Source: a virus (Duplodnaviria > Caudoviricetes). From it: a stretch of 64,000 nucleotides of DNA. Each line of letters starts with the position of its first letter. The first letter of the stretch is position 1. Positions 30,077 through 39,310 of this stretch are shown one piece after another. Location of the stretch: IMG/VR virus record IMGVR_UViG_3300024346_000003. One strand, written 5' to 3'. The notes below the pieces were generated by a model, which was not told the DNA's origin, made no database searches, and worked only from the letters and a program-made list of their open reading frames with translations. The position numbers and the translations under genes were made by a program.

Positions 30077-32275
30077 TTAAAAATTTGGTACTAATGTATT
30101 AATATCTAATATAAAGCCACTTGGTGAATATATATCAGTAATTGCTGGGTTTAACCCTTTATTAAATCTTGAATTATTAACATATAATAACCCACCACCA
30201 ACGGCAGTCTCAACTGCATATCCAGACACACCTGGTGAATAACCTTGACAACCATCTAAAATTATTTTACATAATAAACCATTTGTACCAACTAGTGATG
30301 AATCTGTTAAAGTGTTATAAAAATATGTATCTTTAAAAAATACTCTAGCGGTATTATTTGTAGAAACACATTGTGCACCAGCAACATTACCTTTATTAAT
30401 AATTCTACATTTATGAAATATAAGTTCAGTAGACCCATAAGCCCATAAAGTATATTGATTTTCACTACTTAACATACCACTTGCTTCAATATAACCACCT
30501 TGTCCAGCATCTAAAGCTTTAATTGGACCACCAACTATATTACCATTTATTTTAATTTTAGGTGAAGAACCAGCCCAAGTTGTAATCATAGAACCAATCC
30601 CACCGTAATTAACAGTATCCCTATTTTCAATATCACCATTTATTACTATACTACCAGTAGATAAACCATCATAGACAATTATTGCTTGTTTAAAATTACC
30701 ACCATAAATATTTCCAGACCCTAAATATATTTTAGGGCAATTTATGATTACTGACCCAGTGAAATTCCTAAATGCAATAGTACTATGTACCGCTTCAATA
30801 CCCCTAGAAACATTCATAGTTACATTGGAATTATTTCGTATAGTAATACCATATCCAGTACCAGAAGTTGACGCATAAATATAATTAGCTTTTACCGTAA
30901 CAGTTGCAGTACCTGATGCTGGTATTATTAAGATTGCAGCACCAGAATTAGACATATAATCAAATTCAAAATTAACAGAAGATGCTGCTGATATGTATAT
31001 ATCCGTATTTGAAAATATTGAATACCCATAAAAATTACTTACAACTGCACCATAAGATTGGTCAGTAACCCTACCACCAGTAAATACAACACCAGGTTCA
31101 GAGTAGTAATCCAAGTAGTTTTGTAGAGCACCATTCCAGTAATACCCACCTTTTCTAATATAAATTAATGCTTTACTTGTTGAACTTTTTGAGATTAATG
31201 AAGCTAAATATGAGGCTTGGTATATACTTTGACATGGTTTATCAAACCTACCTGTAATAGCAGTACTGTCATTACCATTAGTAGCATCAACGAATATAAC
31301 ATTAGCATAATTAATTGAACCACCTAAAGAACTTAAATTAACAGTATAAGCTGACAAAGTATCCGTTCTATTAAAGTTAAGTGTAGTACCATTTAAAGTT
31401 GCACCAGTTGTATAATAATTTGTATAACCAGTTAAGAATCCATTTACGTTAAATGTACCACCAGTATTGTTAGTAAATTCAGCTGTACCATTACTTTGGT
31501 TATAAGTACCACCAGTGATAAATATTTCAGTACTACCAGTATAAAAACCATCTACATTGAATGTACCACCAGTATTGTTAGTAAATTCAGCTGTACCATT
31601 AGAGTATGTTCCACCAGTTATAAATACTTCAGTATTACCAGTATAGAATCCATTTACGTTAAATGTACCACCAGTATTGTTAGTAAATGTTGCAGTACCA
31701 TTAGAGTATGTTCCACCAGTCACAAATACTTCAGTATTACCAGTATAGAATCCATTTACGTTAAATGTACCACCAGTATTGTTAGTAAATGTTGCAGTAC
31801 CATTAGAGTATGTTCCACCAGTTGTTACTGTATTAAAAATAGGTATCTCAACCAATTGTGTGGTACCATCACCACTTATTGAACCTCCATTTAATATTAT
31901 ATCACCATTTAAGACAACCAATTTAGAATTAACTTCTAAATTAAGTAAACCTTCAATAATTAAATCACCATAAATAAAACTTTGTGAATTTGTGTTAACT
32001 GTTACAGTTGTTCCAGATTCAATAACCCATTTATTTTCAGGTATAGGTAGAGGGAATGATACCGTATTATTATCATTTCTAGTTAGAATTATATCAGTAC
32101 CATCATATGTACCACCAGTAACGTATATATCCTCAACTAATATATTATTTGCGATATAATTTGTAACGCCTGATAAAGTACTAACGGCAGTTATATTATC
32201 AGCCCACATTAAAAACAAATTATCACCAGATAAATTAGCGTCAATAGGGAATTGATATATTTTCTTATTTGCCAT
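30077..32275 (-). CDS. tail fibre/spike with TGGTY repeats and C-terminal beta-helix
   Basis: 732 aa; four 34-aa repeats; VIFVDATNGNDSTA (pectin-lyase-like start) followed by a beta-helix-like region. Confidence 0.65.
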   Translation of the reverse strand: MANKKIYQFPIDANLSGDNLFLMWADNITAVSTLSGVTNYIANNILVEDIYVTGGTYDGTDIILTRNDNNTVSFPLPIPENKWVIESGTTVTVNTNSQSFIYGDLIIEGLLNLEVNSKLVVLNGDIILNGGSISGDGTTQLVEIPIFNTVTTGGTYSNGTATFTNNTGGTFNVNGFYTGNTEVFVTGGTYSNGTATFTNNTGGTFNVNGFYTGNTEVFITGGTYSNGTAEFTNNTGGTFNVDGFYTGSTEIFITGGTYNQSNGTAEFTNNTGGTFNVNGFLTGYTNYYTTGATLNGTTLNFNRTDTLSAYTVNLSSLGGSINYANVIFVDATNGNDSTAITGRFDKPCQSIYQASYLASLISKSSTSKALIYIRKGGYYWNGALQNYLDYYSEPGVVFTGGRVTDQSYGAVVSNFYGYSIFSNTDIYISAASSVNFEFDYMSNSGAAILIIPASGTATVTVKANYIYASTSGTGYGITIRNNSNVTMNVSRGIEAVHSTIAFRNFTGSVIINCPKIYLGSGNIYGGNFKQAIIVYDGLSTGSIVINGDIENRDTVNYGGIGSMITTWAGSSPKIKINGNIVGGPIKALDAGQGGYIEASGMLSSENQYTLWAYGSTELIFHKCRIINKGNVAGAQCVSTNNTARVFFKDTYFYNTLTDSSLVGTNGLLCKIILDGCQGYSPGVSGYAVETAVGGGLLYVNNSRFNKGLNPAITDIYSPSGFILDINTLVPNF
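31430..31830 (-). repeat. 102-nt (34-aa) TGGTY repeat x4
   Basis: Near-identical DNA at 102-nt spacing (31681 vs 31783). Confidence 0.9.
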
Positions 32276-32290
32276 TATGTATTTTTATTA

Positions 32291-32298
32291 ATAAATAT
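32291..32298 (-). promoter_or_regulatory. putative late promoter ATATTTAT
   Basis: 15 nt upstream of the ATG at 32275. Confidence 0.65.
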
Positions 32299-32332
32299 TA
32301 GTTGAGTTATAATAAACCCAAAAAAATAAAAA

Positions 32333-34144
32333 TTAATATTGAATACCGTACCCGTTTTCTTGAATAATATAATCACCGTTCTCATCAATGATTAACCCAT
32401 TGTCTGGGTCACCACAACAATTCAAGTCATATCTAGTACATTGCTCTAAACAACCAGCACTAATATCACACCAATTCATATCACAAATATTGAATTTGAA
32501 TTGTGATATTTGACCTATAAATGTTCCAGCAAAATTCTTCTCAATTAGTAACCCTAAATCTTCAGTATCTTGACCATCAAATGTCATACTTTCCATTAGA
32601 CCTTGAGAACCACCACCTAAACTTATATTAAATGGTATACCAACTTGTTTACCCTCATATTCGTTTAATCTTCTTGCAACAAATTCATCAACATCTTTAA
32701 ATATTGCTTTTAATTTACAATTAACATAGAACATTAATTTACCCTTTCTAGCTGGTAAACATTTTAGTTGTTCTTTTGTATAAGTTTCATCAGCAACAAA
32801 TCTAATCGTAATTCTTGACCATACATCACTTTGAACAATACCACTCATAGAATATTGCTCATCAACTGTAACGCCAGTTGTTGAACCAGATGTGGTACCA
32901 GAACAATAGTATTTCAAAGCTCTATAACCAATACGACCATCATCTGTAATTCTAAATCCTATTGCATTATCAAATACATCTAAATTTTTATCTAATTCTA
33001 ATAAAATTTCACTATCACCACTATATGAACATACAGTTTCTCTACCATAAGTATCACTATCTCTAGGCTCACCACAAGAACCACATCTAGTACTACTAGT
33101 TCTAGCTCTACCGTAAATTAAGAATTGGTTTCTATCATCAGTCTTTTTTCTAACAAATTCAGCAGTTGTTATACTAGTACCAGTAAAGCTACATGTGGTT
33201 TCTCTACCGTATTCATCACTATCTCTAGGTGCACCACATGAACCACATCTAGTGCTACTAGTTCTAGCTCTACCGTAAATTAAGAATTGATTTGTTATTA
33301 CTTTAATATCTAATCTAGGTGGGTCCAAATATATATTATAACCCGTATCATAATCAAATATTTGAATATCACTTTCTTTTGGTTCTGTACAAAATGTAGT
33401 TACCACATCTGAACATCCAGATAAACTTTCACAATCCAAAGTACACCCAGTATTATTACCATAGAAGATGTTCCAATACTTATTTTCAGCTCTAGTTCCC
33501 ATATAAAAGAAAAATCCTTTATTTTCTGGGTAAACATCATTCAATGTTGTTCCAGTATAATTAGAACAATCTTCAGTCTTCTTTAACCAAAAATCAGCAA
33601 CCCAAGCTTTAGGTACTCTAGTTGGTAATACTTCATATGTTGAACCATCTAACTTATAATAACCTTGATAAAAACCACCACATAATTTAATATTTTGTCC
33701 AGCAGTTGGGTCACCATATAACTCAATTGGGTATATAAATTGTTGTGTTGAACCAGTAACCATATTAAGTATTAACCTATTATCATTTGCTGGTATCGTT
33801 AATGTTGTACCAGTTAGTATATCAACTAACCCAACATTCTTATTATCACCTGGTGCTTTATTATAAATTAATTGACCATTATCTAATCCAGTTAAACCAA
33901 ATGTATCAAATGTATAACCAGTATTTGTAGCACCAGTCCAGGTAGTTAATGAATAAATTTTATCTAAATTCGAAGAATTATTAAATGTTAATGGGTCATT
34001 AAAATCATACCAAACAACAAAGCATTCAGCTGATTCATTATTAGCACAACATTCGTATCCTACTTCATCGTTAGACAAATAGAAATCGTAATACTCACTA
34101 TCAGTAAGTTTTAAATCTATTTTTTTATTTACAAAATTACCCAT
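32333..34144 (-). CDS. Cys-rich putative virion protein with an internal duplicated CxxC module
   Basis: 603 aa; NQFLIYGRARTSSTRCGSCG.PRDSD.YGRET.CS twice; lectin-like beta character. Confidence 0.55.
   Translation of the reverse strand: MGNFVNKKIDLKLTDSEYYDFYLSNDEVGYECCANNESAECFVVWYDFNDPLTFNNSSNLDKIYSLTTWTGATNTGYTFDTFGLTGLDNGQLIYNKAPGDNKNVGLVDILTGTTLTIPANDNRLILNMVTGSTQQFIYPIELYGDPTAGQNIKLCGGFYQGYYKLDGSTYEVLPTRVPKAWVADFWLKKTEDCSNYTGTTLNDVYPENKGFFFYMGTRAENKYWNIFYGNNTGCTLDCESLSGCSDVVTTFCTEPKESDIQIFDYDTGYNIYLDPPRLDIKVITNQFLIYGRARTSSTRCGSCGAPRDSDEYGRETTCSFTGTSITTAEFVRKKTDDRNQFLIYGRARTSSTRCGSCGEPRDSDTYGRETVCSYSGDSEILLELDKNLDVFDNAIGFRITDDGRIGYRALKYYCSGTTSGSTTGVTVDEQYSMSGIVQSDVWSRITIRFVADETYTKEQLKCLPARKGKLMFYVNCKLKAIFKDVDEFVARRLNEYEGKQVGIPFNISLGGGSQGLMESMTFDGQDTEDLGLLIEKNFAGTFIGQISQFKFNICDMNWCDISAGCLEQCTRYDLNCCGDPDNGLIIDENGDYIIQENGYGIQY
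33036..33292 (-). repeat. direct repeat, two copies of about 95 nt, 162 nt apart
   Basis: 33036-33130 vs 33198-33292, in frame. Confidence 0.85.
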
Positions 34145-34156
34145 TAATATTTTTTA

Positions 34157-36946
34157 TTAAAATAATTCAAGTGATGACCTTTTCCAACCATCACTACCTT
34201 TAATATATAAATAGTTATCATCTCTAGTTATGTCACCAATTTTACCATAATTATCCAAACTTGAACTTGGACTATATTCAGGAATTATTAAACTTAGTGG
34301 TGATATTGAATTATTTGTAACCCAACTACCCTCTGAATTTAATTTGAATTCAGCATTAATACCAGAACTAACACCATTTATTAATGATATACCACCACCT
34401 ATTGCTGTTGCAGTTGTACCATTGTAATTTAATTCAATATTATTATCTTCAGCCGCAATAGTTTGTGATTCTAAAATTAAACCATCAGGTGCTGTCATCT
34501 CTTTTATTGCTTCAACAATCCATGGGATTATTTCACTATAATTAAGATTTAACATACCATCACTTTTAGCTCTATTTCTAACTAATTCAGGTACAATTTC
34601 CTGAACCTCTTGTGCTATGAAACCAAATCTAATACCAGAACCCATATTCGATTCTTCAGTATATTCAAAAGAAACACCTCTTAAATTTTTAATAACATCT
34701 AAAGCTGTTGGTAATGTGTTAATATTTCTTTTTAATCTAATATCTGAAACACCAGCAACAATTCTACCACTTGCATCAGTAGCTATTGGGTCAGTAGATG
34801 TTAAACCGTCTATTACTAAATCTGGAACATAAACTGTGTCAGCTGTCGAACCAGTTATATTCTGACCACCAATAACAGCACTACGAGCACCAGTAACTCT
34901 TGAATTAGTTGAATGTATAAATGATGTATCACTAATAGCTATTGTTGAACTACCACCAGCGTGTGAATAGTTACCACTAGCTGTTGTTGAATTACCTTCT
35001 GCGTGAGATGAAATACCACCAGCTATCGTTGACTGACCTTCTGCGTGAGATGTTAAACCACTAGCTGTTGTATTACTACCCTCAGCATGAGAATAATTAC
35101 CAATGGTTGTGGTTAATCTACCTTCAGCATGTGATGACCAACCACTAGCGATAGATTGTTCACCTTCAGCATGTGAAGCAAAATTAGCATATGTATTATA
35201 CCCCCCAGCATGTGAATAATCACCACCCGCTACACTTAGATAACCTTCAGCGTGTGAACCAATACCACTAGCTATTGTGCCACCACCTTCAGCATGTGAA
35301 TAAGTACCACTAGCTGTTGATAAATAACCTTCAACATGTGAAGCAAACCCAATAGCGGTAGTTAAAAGACCTTCAGCATGTGAACTAATACCAGAAGCTG
35401 TACCACCACTAACAATAATAACACCATTAAAGTAACCACCCTCAGCATGCGAACCAGCACCAATTGATTGTGAATAATAACCCTCAGCATGTGAAGTATA
35501 ACCACTAGCTTTTGTACCTTCACCTTCAGCATGTGATATAAGACCACTAGCTATTGTATAACTACCTTCAGCATGTGATGCATCACCACTAGCTGTTGTA
35601 GCATAACCTTCAGCATGTGAATAACCACCAATAGCTCTTGTTAGACCACCCTCAGCATGTGAACCTATACCACTAGCAGTTGAAAATTGACCTTCTGCAT
35701 GTGAATATTGATTAGTTGTTGATGTTTGATAACCTTGAGCATGTGAATAGTTACCGCTAGCTATTGTTGCTCTACCTTCAGCGTGTGAATATAAACCACT
35801 AGCTGTTGTATTATACCCTTCAGCATGTGAATAATCACTTTCAGCAGTTGTTTGGAATCCTTCAGCATGTGAAGTTACACCACTAGCTATTGTACCCGAA
35901 CCTTCAGCATGTGAGTAATTACCACTTGCGGTTGTTTGATTACCCTCAGCGTGTGACGTAATACCACTAGCTACTGTAAACGAACCTTCAGCGTGAGACT
36001 TTAAACCACTAGCTGTTGTATTAGAACCCTCAGCGTGTGAACCTTGACTACTGGCTGTTGTACTCTCACCTTCTGAATGCGAATATTCACCCAATGCTTT
36101 TGTTAATGTACCCTCAGCGTGTGCGCTATCGTCACCAGCTACTGTAAACGAACCTTCAGCATGTGAACTATTACCACTAGCTATTGTACCAATACCTTCA
36201 GCATGTGAATACAACCCGATAGCCGTTGTACCATTACCTTCAGCCAAAGCATAGTCACCAGAAGCCAAATTACCAGCACTTTCAGTTACAATAGCAAAAT
36301 TACCAGTTGAAGCTGACCAAAATGTTGTACCAGATGTAACAGCAGATACTGATTGCCAAGTTGCCATACCTTCAGAATTTGAAGTTAAAACATATCCAAT
36401 TTGTGGGTTATCACTAACTATTAATTTTTTAGTTCTTAATATTTCAGTATTATCAACCCAAATAGTCCTACCTGTAAAATCTAAGGTTTCTGCACTATAA
36501 ATAAAAAAGTCTGTCGAAACAGTACCACTATAGTTGCCTGGGGTTGGTTCTGACATCGTTATTGGGTATAAATTAGAAGCACTAACACCAGAGTATGTTA
36601 AATTAACTAAATTACCATCTATTATGGTTGTAGAACTACTACCAAATATAGCTGATATGTTTTGAGATACACCACTATTACTTGGTGTTAATGCTGATAT
36701 AGATGAATCAACAGCTGAAACACCTGGGATACCCCATGTGAACACTGTTGTTGCACTATTACCCGAATACGAACTAATAACACCAAAATACTGTGATGTT
36801 TGTGCCGTGGCCGTTAAATCAGGTCCAGATGTTAATGCACTAAATGGCATACCAAAAACTGTAGTACCTGATAAAGTTGTTTCAGTTCTCTCTCTTTGTT
36901 TTATTTGTCGATTGTCAGAATAATCTAATTTTGTTCTAAAAGCCAT
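34157..36946 (-). CDS. tail fibre with SHAEG repeats and Peptidase_S74 intramolecular chaperone domain
   Basis: 929 aa; about 30 SHAEG units; SDIRLKRNI...GFIAQEVQEIVPELV...LNYSEII. Confidence 0.8.
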   Translation of the reverse strand: MAFRTKLDYSDNRQIKQRERTETTLSGTTVFGMPFSALTSGPDLTATAQTSQYFGVISSYSGNSATTVFTWGIPGVSAVDSSISALTPSNSGVSQNISAIFGSSSTTIIDGNLVNLTYSGVSASNLYPITMSEPTPGNYSGTVSTDFFIYSAETLDFTGRTIWVDNTEILRTKKLIVSDNPQIGYVLTSNSEGMATWQSVSAVTSGTTFWSASTGNFAIVTESAGNLASGDYALAEGNGTTAIGLYSHAEGIGTIASGNSSHAEGSFTVAGDDSAHAEGTLTKALGEYSHSEGESTTASSQGSHAEGSNTTASGLKSHAEGSFTVASGITSHAEGNQTTASGNYSHAEGSGTIASGVTSHAEGFQTTAESDYSHAEGYNTTASGLYSHAEGRATIASGNYSHAQGYQTSTTNQYSHAEGQFSTASGIGSHAEGGLTRAIGGYSHAEGYATTASGDASHAEGSYTIASGLISHAEGEGTKASGYTSHAEGYYSQSIGAGSHAEGGYFNGVIIVSGGTASGISSHAEGLLTTAIGFASHVEGYLSTASGTYSHAEGGGTIASGIGSHAEGYLSVAGGDYSHAGGYNTYANFASHAEGEQSIASGWSSHAEGRLTTTIGNYSHAEGSNTTASGLTSHAEGQSTIAGGISSHAEGNSTTASGNYSHAGGSSTIAISDTSFIHSTNSRVTGARSAVIGGQNITGSTADTVYVPDLVIDGLTSTDPIATDASGRIVAGVSDIRLKRNINTLPTALDVIKNLRGVSFEYTEESNMGSGIRFGFIAQEVQEIVPELVRNRAKSDGMLNLNYSEIIPWIVEAIKEMTAPDGLILESQTIAAEDNNIELNYNGTTATAIGGGISLINGVSSGINAEFKLNSEGSWVTNNSISPLSLIIPEYSPSSSLDNYGKIGDITRDDNYLYIKGSDGWKRSSLELF
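34960..36250 (-). repeat. 42-nt/14-aa SHAEG coding repeat array (about 30 units)
   Basis: Same unit as 22390-24175, with one irregular insertion (YFNGVIIVSGG). Confidence 0.9.
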
Positions 36947-36962
36947 ATATTTATGTTTTATT

Positions 36963-36992
36963 ATAAATATTAAGATATTTGAATATATTTAT
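36963..36992. promoter_or_regulatory. divergent pair of ATATTTAT late promoters
   Basis: ataaatat 36963-36970 (for 36946, minus) and atatttat 36985-36992 (for 37008, plus). Confidence 0.7.
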
Positions 36993-37007
36993 TATTAAAA
37001 TATATTT

Positions 37008-37478
37008 ATGAGATTCACTAAAGAATATTTTGAAAAAAATAAGCCTCTTACCAATGAAATTAAATTGGATGAGTTAATTGATATGGATGGAACACCTATT
37101 GAAGGTGACTTCAAACCTGGTTATAGTGATATACAAACAGGTCCAGTAGCTAAATCATTTAATGATAATTCTGATTATGAAAAAGGATTACCAACTACAA
37201 CGGATAAAATGGCTACATATGCACAACCAAGAAGTTGGTGGGCACTTTACTATGGTTATGGTGGAACACCTTATAGTCATGGTAATAAACCTATTTCTGA
37301 AGCTGAAATGTTAGAATCTTTAGTTGATAAAAAGGAAGATAAAGATATTGTTGAAAAAACAAAAGATTTGGACTTAGAAGAAAAATTAAAACAAATTGAG
37401 GATATCGTTAATAAATCAGATTTATCTGATAAAGATAAAAAAGAGATGTTAAATGTAATTAATGATTCTAAACAATAA
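37008..37478 (+). CDS. hypothetical (late, possibly virion) protein
   Basis: 156 aa, acidic, aromatic YGYGG motif. Confidence 0.6.
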   Translation: MRFTKEYFEKNKPLTNEIKLDELIDMDGTPIEGDFKPGYSDIQTGPVAKSFNDNSDYEKGLPTTTDKMATYAQPRSWWALYYGYGGTPYSHGNKPISEAEMLESLVDKKEDKDIVEKTKDLDLEEKLKQIEDIVNKSDLSDKDKKEMLNVINDSKQ

Positions 37479-37481
37479 CTT

Positions 37482-37907
37482 ATGAATATTAACGAAGAAA
37501 ATAAAGATTTAGATAAGAAAGGTGATTTTGTTATTATACCAGGTGAATTTAAACATCATTTTAAAAGTGATAAAATAAGTTATAGTAATTTAACAACAAA
37601 AAAGAATCGTCTTGAAAAAAATCCAAATCCTAACCCAGAAGAAAAAAAACTATTGAATTGGATTAATAAAAAGTTAAAAACTGAAATTCAAAAAGATAGA
37701 GGACCAAAAGCAGCCAGAATGCATATTGATGCTGAAGGGACAAAGCAAGGTAAAGATGGTGGGAACAATTTTAAGAATAGAAAAGCGACTGATGTAGATA
37801 GAGTTGGTGAAGTTCTTAAAATTAGAGAATCAGAAATGGAGCAAGAAATGCATTCTATTAGATATTTAATAGAATACATGGATAACAATAAAAAAAATAA
37901 AATTTAA
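37482..37907 (+). CDS. hypothetical protein
   Basis: 141 aa, charged. Confidence 0.6.
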   Translation: MNINEENKDLDKKGDFVIIPGEFKHHFKSDKISYSNLTTKKNRLEKNPNPNPEEKKLLNWINKKLKTEIQKDRGPKAARMHIDAEGTKQGKDGGNNFKNRKATDVDRVGEVLKIRESEMEQEMHSIRYLIEYMDNNKKNKI

Positions 37908-37912
37908 AAGTC

Positions 37913-38251
37913 ATGTCAAGTAATAAATTAGAACAAGCCGCAATTGCAACTAGAAACACTTTAATTGCGATTAACAATTATGACAATGTTGATGATGCAA
38001 ATAACTATACATCAACACACACTAGAGCATTAAGTGACCAACAAACACCAATTAATGGTAAAGGTACTGGTGTATTTTTGGATACTTACAATGGTGGTGG
38101 TAGTTTAGATATTTACGGTAATGCAGCATCTGCTGGTTCAGGTAGATTGGCAGCATTTGCCAATAACACATCAACTTGGGGATTTGGACCAACTGCGTAT
38201 TATCAACACCCAGACACATCTGGAAATGTTGGACAAGTAACATTTGGTTAA
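37913..38251 (+). CDS. small putative virion protein
   Basis: 112 aa, Gly/Asn/Thr-rich, in a late operon. Confidence 0.5.
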   Translation: MSSNKLEQAAIATRNTLIAINNYDNVDDANNYTSTHTRALSDQQTPINGKGTGVFLDTYNGGGSLDIYGNAASAGSGRLAAFANNTSTWGFGPTAYYQHPDTSGNVGQVTFG

Positions 38252-38261
38252 AAATTAATAA

Positions 38262-38687
38262 ATGAAACTTTACAATATTTTTCAAGATATTATATTAGAA
38301 GAAATATCCAAAGACCAAGAGTTAATTAACGAAGGTACTCTTGAGGATATCAAATCCGCTATGGAAAATACTGTATATGTTTGGTTTAAATATAAAACAG
38401 CTGATGGAGTAATAACAGATAGATATGTTATGCTAGATAAATTAGGAACATCTTTAGCGAACAATGGTGTTGTTAGATTATGGCAAACTGGTGGTCAAAC
38501 AACTAAAACTAAAACAAATGGTGGTGTTAATGGTTGGAAATTATTTAGAATAGATAGAATAATTCCTGGTTCAATTAAACCAACTAACATGAAATACCGT
38601 GAACCAGTTCGTTCTGGGGAACCATATAACACAAATGGTGATAGAAAGATGAAAGGTGCTGTTACTGTTGCAAATTATACAAAATAA
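38262..38687 (+). CDS. WYL-like (SH3/Sm-fold) protein
   Basis: VWFKYK...R.V....G........WQ..G...GWKLFRIDRI. Confidence 0.55.
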   Translation: MKLYNIFQDIILEEISKDQELINEGTLEDIKSAMENTVYVWFKYKTADGVITDRYVMLDKLGTSLANNGVVRLWQTGGQTTKTKTNGGVNGWKLFRIDRIIPGSIKPTNMKYREPVRSGEPYNTNGDRKMKGAVTVANYTK

Positions 38688-38697
38688 AAATTAAATT

Positions 38698-39261
38698 ATG
38701 AATATACCACAACCAATAGACGTAAGTAGACTTAAAGGTATTTTAGGTAACGCAAAAACATTAATGGCCAAAGTGGAAACTGGTAATTATGAAACTGGAC
38801 ATGTTGATGGTAGAGCATTAACTGAAGAAGGAGTTAAACAATTACAAGCTGAAGGTGTAAGAAGACCAAGTACTCAAAGTCAACCTCAAATTAATGAATC
38901 AAATATTAAAAATTCAAGATTACCAGAATCGATTAAAAAAGCAATGTTGGAAAATCCAATAGCACAACCAAATGGTATGACACATACATTTACACTTGAT
39001 GATGTTTATGATATAGCCGATGAAAAACCAATGCCATTACCACAAGCTAGAAAACAATCAGTTCATGAAAATGTAAATTATCAACAACCACAACAAAATG
39101 TTGTTGGGTATAATGATAATGAATTAAGAGCAATGATGAAAGATGTTTTAATTGAATACTTATCAAATGAATACTCAAAAAATTTAACTGAGTCAGTAAT
39201 TAAACAAACCATTTCAACATTAATTAACGAAGGTAAGATTACAACTAAGAAAAAAATATAA
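38698..39261 (+). CDS. hypothetical protein
   Basis: 187 aa, Gln/Pro-rich low-complexity middle. Confidence 0.6.
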   Translation: MNIPQPIDVSRLKGILGNAKTLMAKVETGNYETGHVDGRALTEEGVKQLQAEGVRRPSTQSQPQINESNIKNSRLPESIKKAMLENPIAQPNGMTHTFTLDDVYDIADEKPMPLPQARKQSVHENVNYQQPQQNVVGYNDNELRAMMKDVLIEYLSNEYSKNLTESVIKQTISTLINEGKITTKKKI

Positions 39262-39280
39262 TAAAAAATAAAATTTTAAA

Positions 39281-39308
39281 AAAAAAGGGGAGGTAACTTC
39301 CCTTTTTT
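39281..39308 (+). terminator. intrinsic terminator
   Basis: AAAAAAGGGGAG-GTAA-CTTCCCTTTTTT. Confidence 0.85.
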
Positions 39309-39310
39309 CA

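Noticed and set aside
21647-36946. Diversity-generating retroelement or invertible shufflon acting on fibre genes
   Set aside because: No reverse transcriptase or recombinase in the window; shared segments are direct repeats without adenine-specific mismatches.
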